Of a DNA stretch of 64,000 nt, positions 27,699 to 40,519 are shown in pieces; position 1 is the stretch's first letter, and the number at the start of each line of letters is the position of its first letter. Origin of the DNA: Hormiphora californensis (taxonomy: Eukaryota > Animalia > Ctenophora); contig CM035355.1 of the NCBI GenBank assembly GCA_020137815.1, positions 2,232,001 through 2,296,000 of the forward strand, read 5' to 3'. The translations under genes and the position numbers were made by a program. The notes beneath the pieces are model-generated. The model did no database searches and was not told where the DNA came from. It saw only the letters and a list, made by a program, of their open reading frames with translations.

Positions 27699-28089
27699 TT
27701 GTGTTTTATTTTAAGTTTTTATCCGTGTATATTTTATTTATTTTATTTTCACAGTTTTTAGATTTTGTGTTTTCTTTTGCTTTCGGTTGGCATTAGGTGA
27801 TCCGAAAACTCAGATTGTTGAAATCTGTCTGGCCATATTAAAAGGTCGTCTGTTCAAAAAAACCCGATCCAAATAGGGTATGGAAACTCCAAACTGGAAT
27901 GGGGGATCCGGATGTGTCATGTGACCCAGGCACCAGATGATCCGATCCATCATGCGCGCAGCACCGTGATGCGTGTAGCTGAACTTTCGATATATCGAAC
28001 ACACCGCGCCTTACGTTTAACGTCTCAGCACTTCAAATTTCAATCCTTCAACCATCACCTCCATTCTCTGTCAGGTGTCAAAATCCACA

Positions 28090-28152
28090 CAGTCAGATCC
28101 CGGTTTACCGGGAAAATTTATCCGGTGACTGATAAGTCTGGGTCCGACTGTA
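28090..28152. mobile_element. Tiny Tc1/pogo-like MITE remnant
   Basis: CAGTCAGATCCC...GGGGTCCGACTG-TA imperfect TIRs; related end GGGGTCCGACTG at ~5718-5729. Confidence 0.4.
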
Positions 28153-28333
28153 TTTTCAATTACAAACATGTATCTTAATTTTAAAGAAAATGAATACAGC
28201 TTGGTTACGGATCTTGGGAACTTTAAAACATATTATCTTGGGTACAAAAACACAAATTACAAAACTTAAAAACACTGGACTCTTACAAATCAGATTAACT
28301 CACAAACACACAGTCCTGTATATTCACAGTTCA

Positions 28334-30804
28334 CTAATTATAATACTGCATAGCAGCAGCTATCAGCTTGTTATAGTCTGGGGTTCCAAACCCAGTCACC
28401 GGATCCCAGCCCTCGGCCACTGGGTACCCCTCTAGGTCATCCAACCAACAGGCCTGGGAGGGGGATCCCAGGGTGACATCAAAGAAAATCTGGGGGTTCT
28501 GATATATGAAGGGATTCAGGAATCCTAGGACGGGTTTCCCAGCATTCAATCTAGCATCATTAGCCATGGAGACCAGACCAGCAACGGTAGGGGTTGCAGC
28601 AGAGGTACCAGCAACATTCATCAAGATCCGATCTATGATAATCCAGAAGTCATCTGACATAGCGGAGACATCCGGGTATGCCCTCATTTTAGGGTTGAAA
28701 TATTTAGCATCGGGGAGTTTGGATGTGTTCAGATACTGCCCAACTGCCTCCTGCTGCCATTTAGGCATTGCAAACTGGTTACTAAAACCTCCTCCTGATA
28801 TGTCATTTCCCTCCTCATTGACATCGGAAAACACGGCAGTAAATTGTGTTCCACCCACTGTGGTGACATAGGGTGATGAGGCTGGGTACTGGGGCTCAAA
28901 TGTATAGGCGGTGTCATTGAAATTGTGACACCCCGCACCGTCATCTCCGCTGGCGAATAGGATTGAGATTCCACGGAGTCCGAGTTTTTGGAATTCTGTG
29001 TTGATTCGGGTCATGTACTCGGGGGAGAGACTTCGTTCTACATCACCGTAACTCACACTGGGGAACGGTCGGTGTTAGTTGTTACTAGACTAAACAGGTG
29101 GCGAGCCGCGAGGTTCGGCTGAAAATACAGAACATAAACTATCATACTTCATTCATTTTCCTTGCTAATCAATTAATTAATTAACTCTACTAATAATTAA
29201 TTAACTAATTACCTAAATACGTGTGGAAGATCAGTTGTGTTTGTGAGAGTTAGTGCCCACTCAAGGAAGGGCTCCTGCTTCTCATGTAGACCCCCTGTAC
29301 TCCAGAACACTGTGGTAATGTTGGATCCCAGGGACATCAGGTATTGGACATCAAGGTTGGCCTCTAGACCGGGTTTACCAGAGTTGGGCCCTATCACCTG
29401 GTGGGGGAGGGGGGCCGGATGTGCTAGATATGGGGGGGGGGGGTAGTGGGGGATGGGGGAAGGTTTGGTACCGAAGACACCCCACACTCTGTTCGTTTGG
29501 TGGGCTTTGCACGCCGGCAAGGGAGGGGCAACTTCGTTACCAAGGGGAAGGTGTACTAAACATGGTTTCTGGTTCTCTAGCTTCTATAATCTATATATTT
29601 TCTAGTGGCGTTATAAAACAGTTAAACTCAAACATTTCTAGCCTACTAACAGTAAAATGGTGTCATCTCTGAAATCAATTCACCTGACACCTACATAGTA
29701 AGTACTAAGTATACTACTCCTGACTCCTGACCTTGCTAATGTACCACTACAGTACCTTGCTAATGTACCACTATGTACCTTGCTAATGTACCACTACAGT
29801 ACCTTGCTAATGTACCACTACATTACCTTGCTAATTACCACTTTAGTACCTTGCTAATCTCTGTAAGATGGGCGAATCCCTTCCCAAAGAACTTCATAAA
29901 CTCCTTCAGATCCTTAGCAGAGTAATGCTGGTTGAGAAACTGGGCTGTGGCTTGTACGTTACCAGGGTTACTACCCACATTCTCTGACACGTTGTACCTC
30001 TTTCGCAGGGTATCAGGGTGGACCCCATACCTGTGTAAAGAGAGGGGCGGTGAAATGGCGGGGATAGACGAGTGGGGAGGTTAGTTTGTTTGTAAATGCT
30101 GCGGTTCAACATGGTGGTCAGCGGCGAAAAGTAAAGATTATCAATTACAATTAATGTGGAAAGGAAATGAAAAAGAAAGAAAAGAAAATGTGAATCATTA
30201 AATTTTCTAACCTGAAATCCTTCTCAGCGGGGGCGGGTGTGGGTTGTTGTCTGGTGCTAACATTAGGCACCCTCAGAACACCTCCAATAAAATCTAACAT
30301 CCTGGCAATCTTGTTGGGCACACTATACTCCCTGGTAGCCCTGGTAATTACCAAATGTTCACCGGCATACAAAGACTCTTCGTGCTCGAAATAACCAAAC
30401 TCTGTTTCCAACAGCCGTTCTGCACTCTTGACACTCATCGTACATTTGATGAAATCACCCGTTGTCACTGTTTCACAGTTAACTCGTCCCGCACTTTCAA
30501 CCCAACCTAGAACTTTCTCCACATCACTCTGTTTCGGTCGGACTATCTGTGCGATCTGATCTATGGTCAGGTATCGGCCGTAGTGAGGTGATCTCGGGTC
30601 AGATATCATGTCAAGGAGCTGATCGATAGTTTCCAGATTCTGTTGTTTCAGAGCAAGGACCAGGGTGACTGTATCGGCAGGGTCTGCCTTGGCCAGGTAC
30701 TTCCATCCGTTTTGGAGAGGCAGGACTTGGCGAGATTCCAAGGGGACCCGGTTGGACTGGGACGAGAGGGCCAGTGTGGCCATTAGGACCACGAGGGATA
30801 ACAT
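28334..30804 (-). CDS. TPP1: Tripeptidyl-peptidase 1 (sedolisin, S53), 4 exons (30804-30212, ~30030-29850, ~29397-29213, ~29057-28334)
   Basis: Signal peptide, pro-domain (SDPRSPHYGRYLT), catalytic EANLD, FASGDDG, GTSAATP, Ca-site GWDPVTGFGTP. Confidence 0.96.
29730..29858 (-). repeat. 6 x 23-24-bp tandem repeat spanning the TPP1 exon 2 splice donor
   Basis: ATTAGCAAG|GT (plus-strand ACCTTGCTAAT) at 29730, 29754, 29777, 29801, 29825, 29848. Confidence 0.93.
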
Positions 30805-31139
30805 TATTCAACGCCCTAGAGGGAAGTTAGGTGAATTAAGAATACAGAATTGTAGAGGAAAGGGGATTAGGATATTGGTTGGTGAATGTTAGGGAAATAA
30901 CAGGAACAAAAAAGCCCCACTGACTGAAACAACTGCTACAAGCAAGCTACAGAAATGGTGTAAGAGGAAGGAGGGGCAGGGCCCAGGGGTTATCTTATCA
31001 GATGAAATCTAATAACACTGGTGCAGCTCAGCTGCTGTAAAAGATAAACCAAAGAATGAAGGGGTGGAAGCGGGTATTGGGTTAGCGTGATGGGACACCA
31101 CGCGTGTTAGGTAAAATGGTAAGGCAAACTGACAGGGAA

Positions 31140-31388
<249 letters not shown>

Positions 31389-31470
31389 ATTACACACTCA
31401 CATTGCCCCACACATGATCCAAGAAAGACTGTCACTTCAACACACTCTCCGTCTCTCTGTTGTTATTACC

Positions 31471-32557
31471 ATGTCCCGCTTCAAGACGATCGTTGTTACA
31501 ACAGTATCAGAATGTGACCACTACCTATCTCTCAATATTTCGCTGACTCCCAATTTGTGGGACTCGACTGTGAATGGCCTACCTACACTGGACGCGGTTC
31601 TGGCAAGATCACGCTGATCCAGATAGCTAGTTTGGATGTTGCCTTGCTATTCCAGGTCAGACGTATGGGTGTTATTACAGAGAAACTGAGGAGGTTTCTG
31701 GAGGATAAGAAGATTTACAAGGCTGGAGTTGAGATTCATCTTGACGGAGAGAAACTGAAGAAAGACTGGGGAATTGACATGAAGGGGAAGGTTGAGATCC
31801 GGAAGACCCTACGTCATAGTCCCATATTCATGGAATGGATGGTGAAAGAGTTGAGGGAGTTTGAGGCACAGCTGGAGTCTAAACTCCGATTTAAACCCGG
31901 TTTTGCAGCCGCTCAAGAGCGTCGTGGTTGGAAACCTAAACTTGGCCTCCAGGGCCTCGCTTCCAGTTTCCTGGACATCCACCTTGAGAAGGACTTGGAA
32001 CTGAGATCAGGGAATTGGGACGCGGCTGATTTAACAGAAAAGCAGAAGGAATACGCGGCAATGGATGCTTGGATTGGGTTAAAGATATCTCTACATCTGT
32101 GTCAGGGAAACAAGAAGGAGTTAGAGAGGTGGTGTGAAGGGTGTAGAGACGAGCCTTATCGAGATGCGGAGGAACAGAAACAGTTATTGAACAAGGCACA
32201 CGAGTTGTATAAAGAGCTACCAGTTCACGAGTATCTACCAGGTAGGGAACAACATGGTTTTAATTCGCTCCAATTGTTAGCTGTCTATAATATTACCCGG
32301 CTGTTATTTGATGTAAATGTGATCTCTAGTCTAGTAGGAAAAATCCGTTTTTTTGCTCTACCATAACATATCTATACTGCACCGTGTTTTTAACAATTAC
32401 TAAAGTGTTACTGATCTCTGTTTCAGCTAAAAAGAAAGGTAGAGTACTGAAGAAAGCCCTACAGCAGAGGTTGGACAGAGAGAAAGCCATGGCAGAAAAT
32501 AGTGATGATGAAGCGACGGAGAACAGTTTCAGGAAATTCCCTCAGCCTTGTTTCTGA
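31471..32557 (+). CDS. DEDDy 3'-5' exonuclease, WRN-exo/EXD2-like (exons 31471-32241, 32428-32557); one apparent 1-nt deletion near 31552
   Basis: VGLDCEWP, LIQIAS, KAGVEI..D..KL..D, GLQGLA..L, NWDA..LT..Q..YAAMDA. Confidence 0.85.
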
Positions 32558-32752
32558 GAGATGAGGAAAATACAATTCAGAACTCTAATCTACCCTTTTT
32601 TATCATGCTTGGTTGGGTTTTAGGGTAAAGACACTTTTGGGAGAGTAATGTAAAGAGTGAAAAATGTAAACTCAGCAAATAATAAATCAGAAATCTAAAA
32701 ACTTAACTTTTACACAATTTCAATACCTTCTTTGTTGAATATAATTATCCCA

Positions 32753-34982
32753 CTATCGGTTAGTAATAACACTAATCAGATCATTTTGTCTCACGACCAC
32801 TCTCTTCTCCCCACTCTCCACACACCTCTCAATAGCAGTATAAGCTGCCTCTAACAAAACCCCATAACACTCCGCCCCACTTAGCGGCCCTGTCATCTCG
32901 GACACCGTCTTAAAACACACCCCCGGATCCAACTCTAACTTCCTGGCCAGCGCTGAGAAGACCTCGACTCGGGAGGATACATCCCTACCAACAGTCACCT
33001 CAATGTGTTTGTCTAGTCGACCAGGTCTCATGATAGCCGGGTCAAGAAGTTCAGCCCTGTTGGTAGCAGCCACTACAAACACTGTCTCACTGTGACTGCT
33101 ATCCATCTCTGAGAGGAGTTGAGCCAGGACCCGATCAATCACACCCCCGCTACGTCGTGGGGCAATGGCATCTATTTCATCAAAAAATATGACAGATGGA
33201 GCTGTTTTCCGTGCCTCCTCGAACACTGCCCTCACATTCCCCTCACTCTGACCAACGTAACTGTTCAGTAACTCCGGCCCCTGGACACTATGGAAGGTTA
33301 GATTACATTGTGTGGCAATTGCACGTGCAACCATAGTTTTACCACAACCCGGCTCCCCGAACAAGAGAAGTCCTGCCCTTCTCAGGTGAGCCAACTCGGG
33401 ACATTTCAGGGGCATCTCTATGGTATCCTCGACCTCTTTCCTAACATGCCCAACTCCACCAATATCCTCCCAGTGGGTTTCTCGAGCGCTGGAAAGGGGT
33501 GCAGGGAGGATCCTCTCTAGTATCTCAGGTGTTACACGTTCATTAGCGTTTAACCCGTGTCCCAGGTGTCTCCGAATCTTGGATAGGAAGTTGAGAGTTT
33601 GTTGGAGAGTTTGGTGTTTCAACCTGCTTTCCACCATAGCCTCACAACCTTGGAAACTAACGTGTCGAGCCAGGAACTTGGTTAGAGATTGGGAGGTTGG
33701 TGATGGGAGAAAGAAGACACAATCAAACAAATGTTTGATTGGCATCAGGACTTGGTTTTGTTGGGTACAAGATCCTACCACCCACACCCGGTCTGTACCC
33801 CTCAGACGGTCCATTAAACCCCGTACAGCCTGAATCACTCTGACATCTGGGGAAGTGCCATCACGGGTCCGTCCCAGTAGCTCAGTTTGGTCTAGGTGGA
33901 CCAGGAGCGGACCAGAGGGTTCAACTCTCTCAAACTTGGTCTCCAGAGCCCCGGTCGCCTCACCGCAGTAATCGGACCCGGAGATACGGAGAAGGGGCAG
34001 ACCCAGGTGTCCAGAGATGTTGGCCACCAACTCTGTTATACAGCTACCTGGAATAGGGAATCAGGAATCAGGAGAAGGAAATAAATAGAGAGATAGTACA
34101 TGGAAGAGAGAGCGAGAGGGAAAGAGATACTACTCATTTGAAAGGTTCATACTTTATTTTTATTCTAGCACGGAGACAGTGTCAAGCTACTCAACTACTC
34201 ATGACCGAATGACAAATAGAGACTCACCCTTTTCAGCTACTATCATGAGCGGTTGTCCTGTTTTGGACACCATCCCCAGGACCTCCTCGACCTCCACCTT
34301 GTAAAACTCGTCCACATTCCTGTGCGGGACCCACAGTGGCAACATCTCCCCAACACTAGCACTCTCATACAAACTAGTAGTTTCACTTGATATAGTGAAG
34401 AACCCCTCCACTACAACCCCGTTTATCTCTGCAGATAGGACCCTGAAGTGAACCGTGTAGCAGGGCAGAGTTGTGGGATCTGCGAACTCTAACCAGCTCA
34501 TCAGATCAGTAGCAGGTGGGATTGACTTCAGGAACGGAGAGAGCAAACACGTGGCCAGGGTGGAGGATCCTGGGGGTTCGAGAAGTATAGTTTGAGGTGG
34601 GATGAGTGGTCTTTATTGACAGTAACGCCAGGACTCCTGATGGTTGCTATGGTAACTTTAGTGGCAGTTGGAGCGTCAGGTAACCCACCAGCGCACACTT
34701 TAGCCTTCCCTACATCTCCCTCCCTTTCCTCCAAACAGGTTGTACCACTGACAAGCGTCCAACTCGGTAGACCCCCTGCTCCTAATAATCCGTCCCACCT
34801 TACTCTTCAAGACACTTTTGAAGCCATTATTTGCTGCGGGCTCAACGTGATTTAGGTGCCGGGAATAACTCGCATATTTATCCAGAGTTCAGGTGGAGCT
34901 TGGAGGAGGACTTGAAGAGTCCACCCGAGGACAGAGAGGAGGAGGAGGAGGAGGATGTTTTGGAGGAATCCAGGGAGACCAT
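32753..34982 (-). CDS. PEX6: Peroxisomal AAA+ ATPase PEX6 (exons ~34982-34229, ~34047-32753); several indels in the 5' exon
   Basis: WEDIGG, LRRAGLLLFGEPGCGKT..AIATQCNLTF.SVQGPELLNSYVGQSE.NVR.VF..AR..APSVIFFDEID, RVLAQLLSEMD, MRPGRLDK; degenerate D1 domain upstream. Confidence 0.9.
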
Positions 34983-35465
34983 GACGACGGTTGCTATTGA
35001 AAATATAGAGGGTTGTTAGGGAGACAAAAATATTGTCAGGGATGTTAGAGAAGGGGGAGATATAAATATTGTTATGGATTTCGGTTGAGAATAATTAAGA
35101 GCTATTAGGAAATGTATTAGATGCTGGCGAGGAATTATCCAGTATAATAGTAATTCAGTGGCATGGTTTGAATAGCCTGACATCGTATTCGCACAAACAA
35201 AAGAACAATTAGATAGGTTGGGGGAGAGATCGGGGAGGAGAGAAACTACAGATGGATAATATTCATTGCAAAGTAACATATGAAGTACCATCTCTATTAG
35301 AAACACTAAAAACAAATCTATAAAAATTCAACAATTCAATTATCTGACAAACTTAGCTTTGTTTGGTTTTGAGTATAGAGTTTTTGGTAGTTTGGTTAGC
35401 TTACTAATAATAATTGAGAAAACAACTCTAAATCTAGATTCTGATAAAGGTATTATGGTATTGTT

Positions 35466-36909
35466 TTATTTCATTTCGATTTGTTCAACCCCATCTTTTC
35501 CCGCGTCCCGGCGTGACCTCCAGGGAGACAGCAGGGAGATAAGTACAGCGATGTAAGCAAGGGCTGTAAAGAGAGAACCGCAGAGGAATAGTTGTAGGGC
35601 GCTGTGCATTTTAGAACTTGTTGGAGAGTGCCTGGGAAGGGGAACTGATATTACTGGGAAAGGCTCTTCAACGATGTTACATCATCTAACATGTCTAACA
35701 TTGTATGGTAAGAACACAGACCTAGTTGTATCCACATGTCATAGCGTCACTTGAACTGATACGGCGTGTCGAGTATAAACAATTCAACTTACGCGGCGTG
35801 TCGAGTATAAACAATTCAACTTACGCGGCGTGTCGAGTCTGTTGGACGAGTTCCTGGTATATGGCGGGCATGTATGATTCTTGGTAGTTTAATAATCCAG
35901 TCAAGGTAGCTGCTGCCGAGAGAAGAACCACTGAGAAACCAAACCTGCAATGATATCACAGGTTTACAAATAAAATGAGAGTTTCAACAGGGTATGGAGT
36001 ACCTTCAGGCTCCCCACACTATGCACCCAAACACTAAACAATGTCACACCAGCTACTCATTTTACAACTATAACACTCACGTGATGTGGTAGGGTTTAAA
36101 ATCAACTGGGCCACCCTTAATAATGGGGTTAAAGATTCCAGCTGCAGCCACGTAGGTGATCACAAAAACTACCATTGTCAACAGTCCTACCCATCCATGA
36201 ACACTGAATGATATTGTATAGAGGGTGAGATAAACGGGGGACGTATTCAGGGAACCACATGTACACAGGGACAATAATATGAGAGGTTGGGAGATGGAGT
36301 ACACAAGTCTAAGGGCACTGGGTCACACTTTACTAGAACACACACACTCACGTAAGATAATGTTCATCTTCAGAGGAGTATATTTGCCACCACCCAATAA
36401 AAAGGAGAACTAGGGACAGGGTGTGTCCTCCTACATGCATTGCCTTCCGTACCACTCTGTTTTTTATCGGTACATTCCTGCAAAGGTGTGTTTGGATTTT
36501 GTAGAAGGAACAATGTTTTAGTTATGTTGTTATGCCAAAAACTAACAGAAATAAGTTGGCTAGAAAAGTGCCCTCTTTTGTTTTGACACATTTGCTTCAG
36601 TGTTGCAAAGCTAGTTACATACTCTAAAAACTGGATCTTACTTCCATGCTGTAACTGAGAATCCTAGCACAATGAGCATGGAACTTAACATGAACAACCC
36701 GTGTACGAGTTGCTTACTCTCCCAAATCAGTGAGGCATATTTAGAGGTGTACACTGAAAACAAGATGGTCATGGTTTTTTAACATAAAATGGGAGATATA
36801 AAGTCAAGAATCTAAAGTACAGCTACTACGTACCGATCAATAAAATTAGGGGAATCAGGGTAATAAGAGTCGTCAGAATAAGTCGCACGATTTTAGTCAT
36901 ATAGGTCAT
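35466..36909 (-). CDS. Cytochrome b561-family transmembrane reductase, 6 exons
   Basis: Spliced translation shows four haem His motifs: LVHGLFM, VRKAMHVGGH, HYLTVHGWVG, KPYHITFG, plus six hydrophobic helices. All introns GT-AG and in phase. Confidence 0.85.
35762..35838 (-). repeat. 3 x 32-bp tandem repeat spanning a cytochrome b561 splice donor
   Basis: ACTCGACACGCCGC|GTAAGTTGAATTGTTTAT; core at 35762, 35794, 35826. Confidence 0.92.
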
Positions 36910-37253
36910 GATAGTATAGGGCTATACATTGGGGTAATAAAATAAGAATCAACAATAACCTGAATCAAAACTCAAAGTCAAAGTATTCGATTGGGTAAAA
37001 GATAAAACAGCAAATATTTATACTGATAAAGTGATATTTAGATAATGACAAACAAATTATATAATCAGATTCCAGTTCCCGGCTCACGAAGAACACCATA
37101 TCTCATTAGATTCGACAACACTCAGTCTGTATTCGACAACACATAGTCTGTATTACTGCAGTCATCATCTTTTACTTGGTATCGAAGACACCTCACACTC
37201 TGCCGGGCGACCTTTGCGTGCGCTGGCAAGGGGTAACTTCGTAACCAAATCTT

Positions 37254-37800
37254 TTACCGGGGTGCACGTCTGGGAGGGTATCCCGGTAATTCCGACATAC
37301 GATTCAATGCAGATTCACAATTGGCATCAAGCCGTCCATTTTGCTGCTTTTGCTCTTCGATAAAGTGCTGCTGCAAAGGAAAACAGTTAGAATATATTGC
37401 AAGTTAATTGAGTCAATAAAAGGAGAATCTAAGATTTCTGAACTGTTTGATCTTCTAGCAAATGGTGAAAATAGATCAACCGGACAGGTAATAAATCAAA
37501 ACAGACAACCACAAACTTTGCGTTGTTCAGCTCCGAGCGTTAGAGGTCCCATTCCGAAGTCCAAAAAGTACTTTCTGATTTCCTTCAATCTGTCCTCGAG
37601 ATGACCCAACTTCACTAAGATATTTAGTCGTTATTTTGATATTGTGTGAATGACGAATATTCGTGTTGACGTTGTGGTTCTCGAGACTTCTCAACGGACT
37701 TACCGACGGTGTCTGGTTTTGATTCGGTCATCGCCGGCAGCAGGATAGACGATTGATGAGATAAGTTCTTAATCTCGTTTATCAAAGTAGTTGGGTCCAT
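37254..37800 (-). CDS. Small (~105 aa) hypothetical helical protein, 3 exons
   Basis: MDPTTLINEIKNL..PDTV|VKLGHLEDRLKEIRKY..AEQRK|QHFIEEQKQQ..RRAPR* joins in phase across two GT-AG introns. Confidence 0.65.
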
Positions 37801-38729
37801 ATTGATTAACCTAAATCAAGTAACTATGTAAGAAAAGGGTAAGTTGTAAAACTTTGGCATTTGCTGTGCTGCTCAAGTTAGCCTGAAATCTCAAGGGCGT
37901 TTTGAATTTAGCTTTGCCTCTTTTCTATTTATTTGAGTATATTTTGATTGACTTCCTCATTTGATAGTTCTTTTGTGAAGAAAACATGTTTAGAACTAAT
38001 GAATAAAGTGGAGAAAGACACAAAAAAGTAAAAACTCTTGGCGCTTTCCAGCGCAAAAGAGCGTTGATTTTTTTTTTAAATTTTAAACTGTTTAACTCTC
38101 TAAAGCAGCGCGCTGCAGCGGTGTTTACAAATTTTAATGCGCGTTAGGTCAATTTTAGAACATGGCCGCGCATTATCTTGTTGCAAAATCACAAAATCGC
38201 AGCTCAGAAAAATCGCACAAAAATCGAAAAAAGATTCGAAGTTTTCGAAATTTTCCTAATCCGGGAGATTTTGATCCGCAGTTTCCATATTTTGAAGTTT
38301 CATGTGCTATTTGATGCTAGACACTGTATCTTCTACTATATCGCATGACCTGTAGCACGCGTTATCTCCAAATTGTTCACCAGGTTTGGCGGTCACCGAG
38401 CGCCCGTCCCCCGTCACTGAGCGTGATGCACTTAGAAAGGACTTCTAAATGGTTGTCGCGAACTTAATAAAAGGGGGGATTTCCTTTCTTTACATTCTTA
38501 GGGCAGATAAAGCTGTCTTTGGCTAAAGAATCCAGAATTGAGTCTGAGTGAGATTTGAGAAATTGGGTATCGCTACCGCTATGTGTCGCACTAGGGTTCA
38601 CATATCATTGTCTCAAACACCCTCTTGATCACATATCACAAGGCCCCGGGTCCCTCCCCGTTACTGGACACTTAGCTACCTCACCCTCTCTCTCATCTCA
38701 CCTACCTCACCCACTCTCACATCACACCA

Positions 38730-38737
38730 CTATAAAG
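38730..38737 (+). promoter_or_regulatory. Candidate TATA box of the intronless kinase
   Basis: CTATAAAG about 45 nt upstream of ATG 38778. Confidence 0.45.
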
Positions 38738-38777
38738 TATACGTCACAGGGCCTAATCGTCATCAAACATCGTCATC

Positions 38778-39572
38778 ATGAGTACTACCTACCAACTACC
38801 CCGCAACTACACCGTCCTAGAGGAACTCGGAGCAGGGGGCTGCGGAGTTGTCTACCTCACCCGACATGCCGTCTCCCTGAACCGATATGTTGTCAAGGAG
38901 ATACCGGACCGCCCTGAACTACCCCTCACCAGACAAAGTGATGTGGAGTTACCCCTGGAGATAGCCATTCTGAGGAGTATCCAGCATCCCGGTGTAGTGC
39001 GATACAAGACCCACTTCCTGGAACGAGGTTCTTGGTATCTCGTCATGGACTACGAGCCTGGTGTTGTGGACCTTTACAAGTGGAGCAGAGAGAACGTGAT
39101 GGGGAGTGAGGGAGTGATGAACGTTGCCCGGCAGTTGTACGCCACACTCGACCACTGTCTACAAAGCGGAGTTGATCATGGTGACCTGAAGGAGGAGAAT
39201 GTGCTGTATAATCCTAAAACTGGCCGTATTCGACTGATAGATTTTGGGGCTGCCCTCCCCCTGGCTGCTACATCTCAGTTTAGTGGACTCCGTGGAACAC
39301 CGGCCTGTCTCCCACCTGAATCCTTCACCAAACCTACCAGACACCCTCTCCAAACCACCACCTGGGCATTCGGTTGTATCCTGTATGGGTGTCTGTACGG
39401 TGCCTCACCCTTCCTCGATGTGTCTGAGATCCTGACGAAGCGAGTGAGATGTCCGTCAGGGGTGTCAGGACCACTTCCAGAGATAATTGAGCGATGTTTG
39501 GAACCCTGCCAAGTGGATAGGATACTGTGGTCGCAACTAGGTCGACTACTAGAAATGTGTGATTTTGTTTAA
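38778..39572 (+). CDS. Intronless PIM-like Ser/Thr kinase (non-RD)
   Basis: LGAGGCGVVY, VVKEI, PLEIAIL, HGDLKEENVL, LIDFG, GTPACLPPE, TWAFGCILY. Confidence 0.88.
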   Translation: MSTTYQLPRNYTVLEELGAGGCGVVYLTRHAVSLNRYVVKEIPDRPELPLTRQSDVELPLEIAILRSIQHPGVVRYKTHFLERGSWYLVMDYEPGVVDLYKWSRENVMGSEGVMNVARQLYATLDHCLQSGVDHGDLKEENVLYNPKTGRIRLIDFGAALPLAATSQFSGLRGTPACLPPESFTKPTRHPLQTTTWAFGCILYGCLYGASPFLDVSEILTKRVRCPSGVSGPLPEIIERCLEPCQVDRILWSQLGRLLEMCDFV

Positions 39573-39844
39573 TTGTGTTGAAATTGATTTTATCCTAACC
39601 TAAACTATTCGTGTTAATTGTAACATGACGTTTATATGACGTCATGGTTTCTTTCACTGCCACGTGAATCAAATCTTCTGTTGAGTCGGCTGATAGCTAC
39701 ACCGATCTCCACTCATAATGCATGATTCAATGAATCATATTCATTCTCACTATCCTTTCTAGATTTGCTAAATCCAGCCTTTCTCATTAACTCACAGTGG
39801 GAGATCATTGAAACACCTAGATAATAGATCATACCAGTTACGCT

Positions 39845-40091
39845 CCAGTTGCAGATTGGAGGCTGGCTCCAGTTTCTGGCGCCAGCCTCCAGTCTGCAAC
39901 TGGCGCAAGCTGGGAGAGTCCCTGTGCGCGCCAAATCTTCGTTGACTAGCAGGGTTTTCGATTTGAATTGCATGTAAAGTAGCGCGCGCGGCAGTGTCAG
40001 CAGTGTCAGCAGGGGCCTGCTTCATTGTAACTGACATCAGTCGCAAAATCTCTAACTGGACCCTTAGGGTCCAGTTAGAGATTTTGCGACT
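39845..40091. repeat. Two hairpins: imperfect IR 39845-39903 and perfect 26-bp-arm palindrome 40039-40091
   Basis: AGTCGCAAAATCTCTAACTGGACCCT-t-AGGGTCCAGTTAGAGATTTTGCGACT; CCAGTTGCAGATTGGAGGCTGGC..GCCAGCCTCCAGTCTGCAACTGG. Confidence 0.88.
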
Positions 40092-40519
40092 TACCAGCTA
40101 CCGGTCTCTGTTCCTACTATTTCCCGTATACTAACCTGTAATTTAACCTCCTTTTAATACAATCTTACCGATAACTAACCAGCTCTCTATTAGGAATGTA
40201 CAATTTCCCGTATCAGTAAACATACACACACATTGAGCAGGCTCAATTTAGCTAATCACTGGCGGGGTATGGGGCTGAGGCACTGGCAAGATATAGTGGG
40301 ATCGCTACTTCCCACATCTCATGTGTATTCTGAATTGCAAATTTAAAAGGGTTGGGTGGTCTCTGGGACCGTCTAGACTTCGCTCCCTGTTAACATGCCA
40401 GAACCAGGGGTCCATCTAGCTCTCATACGCATTCGGCCATTACTTTCCCAACCAGTAGTACTGGATTTCACATCCTCTTATACTCCATCAGGATGATTTT
40501 CACATCCTTCTTATGACTC

